The position numbers and the translations under genes are program-made. From Kiritimatiellia bacterium (lineage in GTDB: Bacteria; Verrucomicrobiota; Kiritimatiellia; RFP12; UBA1067): DNA of 17,916 nt. Of this stretch, positions 15,675 to 17,916 are shown piece after piece (within the stretch, counting starts at the first letter, position 1; each line of letters begins with the position of its first letter). Under the pieces are notes generated by a model. That model saw only the letters and a list, made by a program, of their open reading frames with translations, was not told the origin of the DNA and did no database searches. Location of the stretch: NCBI GenBank assembly GCA_034003585.1, contig JAVEYH010000068.1, forward strand, positions 1-17,916. The letters are read 5' to 3'.

Positions 15675-15704
15675 AGTATAGAGAGGGAAGGCACGGAGCG
15701 TCAA
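15675..15704 (-). promoter_or_regulatory. Sigma70-like promoter for the SPFH cluster (-35 TTGACG, 18-nt spacer, -10 TATACT)
   Basis: The minus strand reads cgTTGACGctccgtgccttccctctcTATACTggcttc, about 90 nt upstream of ATG 15576. A pyrimidine (CT) tract and direct repeats lie upstream, and a (GGCGC)3 stem-loop lies in the 5' UTR. Confidence 0.45.
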
Positions 15705-15883
15705 CGCAAGGATTGCGGAGGAGGGAGCAAGGAGGAAGGAGGAGTTCGGGAAAATGTTCGGAATCGGGGTCGCTATCGGAATCGGAGAAATCGATGTTGA
15801 CGAAACTCGGGTAGCGAGGCTTCACGATCCAGGAGGATCACGCGCCATAAACCACGGGGACCGATGCCGGATTGCGACCTCGT

Positions 15884-16183
15884 TTACCCCGCTTCCGGAG
15901 TTAGCACAGCCTCGATACAGTTCATGAAGTTCAAAACGCACGTCACCTTCAGCGAGTAGAACACCTGTTTGCCGCGCTTATCGTCTGTCACGACACCGGC
16001 GTTCTTCAGCACCAGCAGGTGTTTCGACACCGTCGAATAATCGAGGCCGAGCCCATCCACCAGTTCGCACACGCACCGCTCGCCGGCTTCCAACTGCTCC
16101 ACGATCCAGAGCCTTGCCGGATGCGCCAGCGCCTTGAGCACTTTGGTTTTTGCTTTCAGAACCGTTTTTTCTGCTCTTGTCAT
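15884..16183 (-). CDS. arsR: ArsR/SmtB-family metalloregulatory transcriptional repressor (CVC arsenite-sensing type)
   Basis: HPARLWIVEQLEAGERCVCELVDGLGLDYSTVSKHLLVLKNAGVV is a winged-HTH carrying the ELCVCDL-like Cys pair before the recognition helix. The gene is about 53% GC, against about 70% for its neighbours. Confidence 0.85.
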   Translation of the reverse strand: MTRAEKTVLKAKTKVLKALAHPARLWIVEQLEAGERCVCELVDGLGLDYSTVSKHLLVLKNAGVVTDDKRGKQVFYSLKVTCVLNFMNCIEAVLTPEAG

Positions 16184-16426
16184 GAGAATGAGACCCCGTT
16201 CCGGCTTCCGCGTGCGGATGAAAGAAGGTTAGGCACCCGTGCGTCGGTACGCGTCGGCCAACGAAAGGGTTTCGTCTGGCGAAGTCTGTAAATTGCCAAA
16301 ACCCGCCTCATGCGGAAAGCTTTTCATAAACAGACGGCCATATCAAGAGTTTCCCAAGGCGATCCGCTGGGTGTCGCACCACACAGACCCCGGAGAATAG
16401 ATATGGATGCCTCCGTGCGAGCCCGT

Positions 16427-16726
16427 TTAGCGCCCGATTAGGGTCGCCTCCCGAACCTGATCCCAACCGTCAAATACGGTTGCGCGAGTGTTCATGCCGT
16501 ATTCCAATTGTAGGCTTTGTGCAGATTCGCAGGCACCTTTCAAGCCGCGATTCAGCAGAAAGACCACTTCATCGTTCGCATAAAGCCTGCCTCCTAGCCA
16601 AACCTTGAAAGCCGATTTCTTGCCAGTCAAAAGAATAGGCGCTTGACCCGATTTGTCAGGGTGACTCCCTCTTCCGCACATGCCAAAAGTCAGGACATCG
16701 ATAGCGATTTGGATGAAAGCCGCCAC
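16427..16726 (-). CDS. Hypothetical 99-aa protein (or fragment), GTG-initiated, in the low-GC island upstream of arsR
   Basis: Open frame read on the minus strand: MAAFIQIAIDVLTFGMCGRGSHPDKSGQAPILLTGKKSAFKVWLGGRLYANDEVVFLLNRGLKGACESAQSLQLEYGMNTRATVFDGWDQVREATLIGR. I recognise no family. The frame stays open upstream without a start codon, so it may be a remnant. Confidence 0.3.
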   Translation of the reverse strand: MAAFIQIAIDVLTFGMCGRGSHPDKSGQAPILLTGKKSAFKVWLGGRLYANDEVVFLLNRGLKGACESAQSLQLEYGMNTRATVFDGWDQVREATLIGR

Positions 16727-16959
16727 CCTCGACTTGGATGGCGTAAAGACTGACCGTGCGACACGAGGGCAAGCAGAGAAGTCACCGCCCCCTCGACAAA
16801 ACGGACGAAAAGAGAGAGACTATTTCCAACACGGCAGCCCACCCAACCGCCGTTCGCCTTCGGCTCTCGGCGGTTGGTGGCTGCTGACGTTGGCACGAAG
16901 AGAGACAAGCGATGAGGCTGATGAATCGGGGTCGGTATCGGGGTTGAAAGGCAATTGGC

Positions 16960-17115
16960 ATGGTATTTGGACACGAGAAACGGGATGTCTATCGCGCCGC
17001 CATCGAGCACGTCGGCCGGGCGTATCGGTTCTGCGAGGCGTTGACCGGGCAAAGCAATGCGAAAGACCAACTCATTCGTGCGTCGCGAGCGATTCCTTGG
17101 CCCGCATCCAGATAA
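16960..17115 (+). pseudogene. Possible remnant of a four-helix-bundle protein gene (TIGR02436 / 23S rRNA intervening-sequence protein / DGR Avd-like), truncated to 51 codons
   Basis: MVFGHEKRDVYRAAIEHVGRAYRFCEALTGQSNAKDQLIRASRAIPWPASR* resembles the N-terminal helix pair of these proteins (...dL.vWq.A..L...iY.lt..FP..E.y.L.sQlrRAavSIpaNIAEG...). It ends at TAA (17113-17115) where NIAEG would be expected. No continuation exists in other frames. Confidence 0.3.
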
Positions 17116-17211
17116 CCGTCAGCGGATGAATGGGGAGGATGAACATCGCGCGTCACCATACGCCGCTCCGCGCAACCGCAGAGCCGTATGGTTCAGGAGA
17201 GAACCATTATC

Positions 17212-17622
17212 ATGACAAACACCTTCGCAACCCTGCCATGGCCGCAAGCCCGCACCACCGTCGCGCCGGACGGTTCCGACGTTCGTGTCCTTCTGTCTTT
17301 GCGGGGCGGAAGCATGGCGCACTTTGCGTTGGCGCCAGGCCAAGTCTCGGGAGCCGTCGCCCACCGGACGGTGGAAGAGCTCTGGTACATCCTGTCCGGC
17401 ACAGGACAGATGTGGCGCAAGCAGGGCGGGCGGGAGGACACGACCGACCTCCAACCGGGGATGTGCCTGACCCTTCCTCTCGGAACCCACTTCCAATTCC
17501 GGGCCGGACCCGAAACCAGGCTTGCCATCGTCGCCGTCACCATGCCGCCCTGGCCCGGCGAAGACGAGGCGTACCCGGTTCCCGGTCCGTGGCCGACCTC
17601 GCTAGGCGATCCCCTGAAATGA
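17212..17622 (+). CDS. Cupin-2 (RmlC-like small beta-barrel) domain protein
   Basis: The two cupin motifs are AHRTVEELWYILSGTGQMW and PGMCLTLPLGTHFQFRAGPE. An AGGAGAG Shine-Dalgarno lies upstream of ATG 17212; ATG 17188 is an alternative start. Confidence 0.7.
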   Translation: MTNTFATLPWPQARTTVAPDGSDVRVLLSLRGGSMAHFALAPGQVSGAVAHRTVEELWYILSGTGQMWRKQGGREDTTDLQPGMCLTLPLGTHFQFRAGPETRLAIVAVTMPPWPGEDEAYPVPGPWPTSLGDPLK

Positions 17623-17916
17623 AGTCCCGGCATGCCGCTTGCGGAAAGCGCGCGGGGTGGAAGCCTCCGTCCGGCGGAAGAGGTTGTTGAGATACTGTGC
17701 GTGACAGAAACCGGTCAGGCGGGCGATCTCCCGGACGGGAAGGGCGGTGTGCAACAGCAGGCGCTTGACGGCCGCGATGCGCGTGCGCTGGACCTCCTCG
17801 TGGACCGAGCGGTTCAGATGCTGGTGGAAGAGACGGTCGAGCGTGCTGCGCGAAACCCCCGCCGCGCCGGCAACCTCGTCGATGCCGAAACTGTCCGCGA
17901 GCTTTTCCCTGATGAA
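17605..17916 (-). CDS. AraC/XylS-family transcriptional regulator, C-terminal HTH domain only (5' end outside window)
   Basis: Minus-strand translation from the window edge: FIREKLADSFGIDEVAGAAGVSRSTLDRLFHQHLNRSVHEEVQRTRIAAVKRLLLHTALPVREIARLTGFCHAQYLNNLFRRTEASTPRAFRKRH...* This is the typical double HTH of AraC. The stop TAG is at 17602-17604, which gives a convergent overlap of about 18 nt with the cupin gene. Confidence 0.75.

Noticed and set aside
15577-15825. GTG-initiated 5' extension of SPFH-A (626-aa version)
   Set aside because: The extension contains the predicted promoter and purine tract. Its peptide (DSDSDPDSEH...) is a translation of direct nucleotide repeats. ATGATG at 15576 has a proper RBS.
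16184-16430. tRNA or attachment-site search at the island edges
   Set aside because: No cloverleaf-compatible T-arm (GGTTCGANTCC) or CCA-ended structure was found by eye. No direct repeats were detected flanking 15880/17180 within the window.
16680-17129. 149-aa + ORF and 126-aa - ORF (16690-17070) in the low-GC island
   Set aside because: Both have composition and motifs typical of random open frames (Ser/Arg/Pro-rich, no start context). Only the short 16960-17115 frame shows family resemblance.
17188-17211. Longer cupin start at ATG 17188
   Set aside because: It is possible, but the AGGAGAG Shine-Dalgarno is better placed for ATG 17212. I kept the shorter call and noted the alternative.

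Overview
This 17.9 kb window is about 70% GC, with a roughly 1.3 kb island at about 50-55% GC near the 3' end. The gene content would fit a Verrucomicrobia- or Planctomycetes-like genome, but I cannot confirm that from sequence alone.

Most of the provided six-frame ORFs are long antisense or out-of-frame artefacts of the GC bias. The calls below rest on recognisable protein motifs, start-codon context and gene spacing.

Layout:
- Two convergent oligopeptide/dipeptide ABC ATPase genes (+ strand; the first is truncated at the 5' window edge).
- An IS200-like Y1/HUH transposase gene (- strand) flanked by two perfect palindromes.
- maf (+ strand).
- A 12 kb co-directional minus-strand array:
  - ridA
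  - a GHL10-family secreted hydrolase
  - hisD
  - a secreted Lys/Glu-rich protein
  - a DEAD-box helicase with Arg/Pro-rich tails
  - rpsI and rplM, with a clean sigma70-like promoter
  - a four-gene cluster, described next
- A low-GC island carrying an arsR (CVC-type) gene, an unknown 99-aa ORF and a remnant of a four-helix-bundle (Avd/23S-IVS-like) gene.
- A cupin gene and a truncated AraC-family regulator gene.

The four-gene cluster has its own promoter. It encodes a small polytopic membrane protein, an endonuclease/exonuclease/phosphatase (EEP) family protein, and two tandem, translationally coupled paralogous flotillin-like SPFH proteins. The notable signal is in these two SPFH proteins. 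Each has a transmembrane anchor and a coiled-coil C-terminal tail. In each, the N-terminal beta segment of the SPFH domain has been triplicated (three repeats of about 57 aa). The resulting domain order is vault-like: beta repeats, then an SPFH 'shoulder', then a helical cap.

I saw no CRISPR array, rRNA or tRNA.
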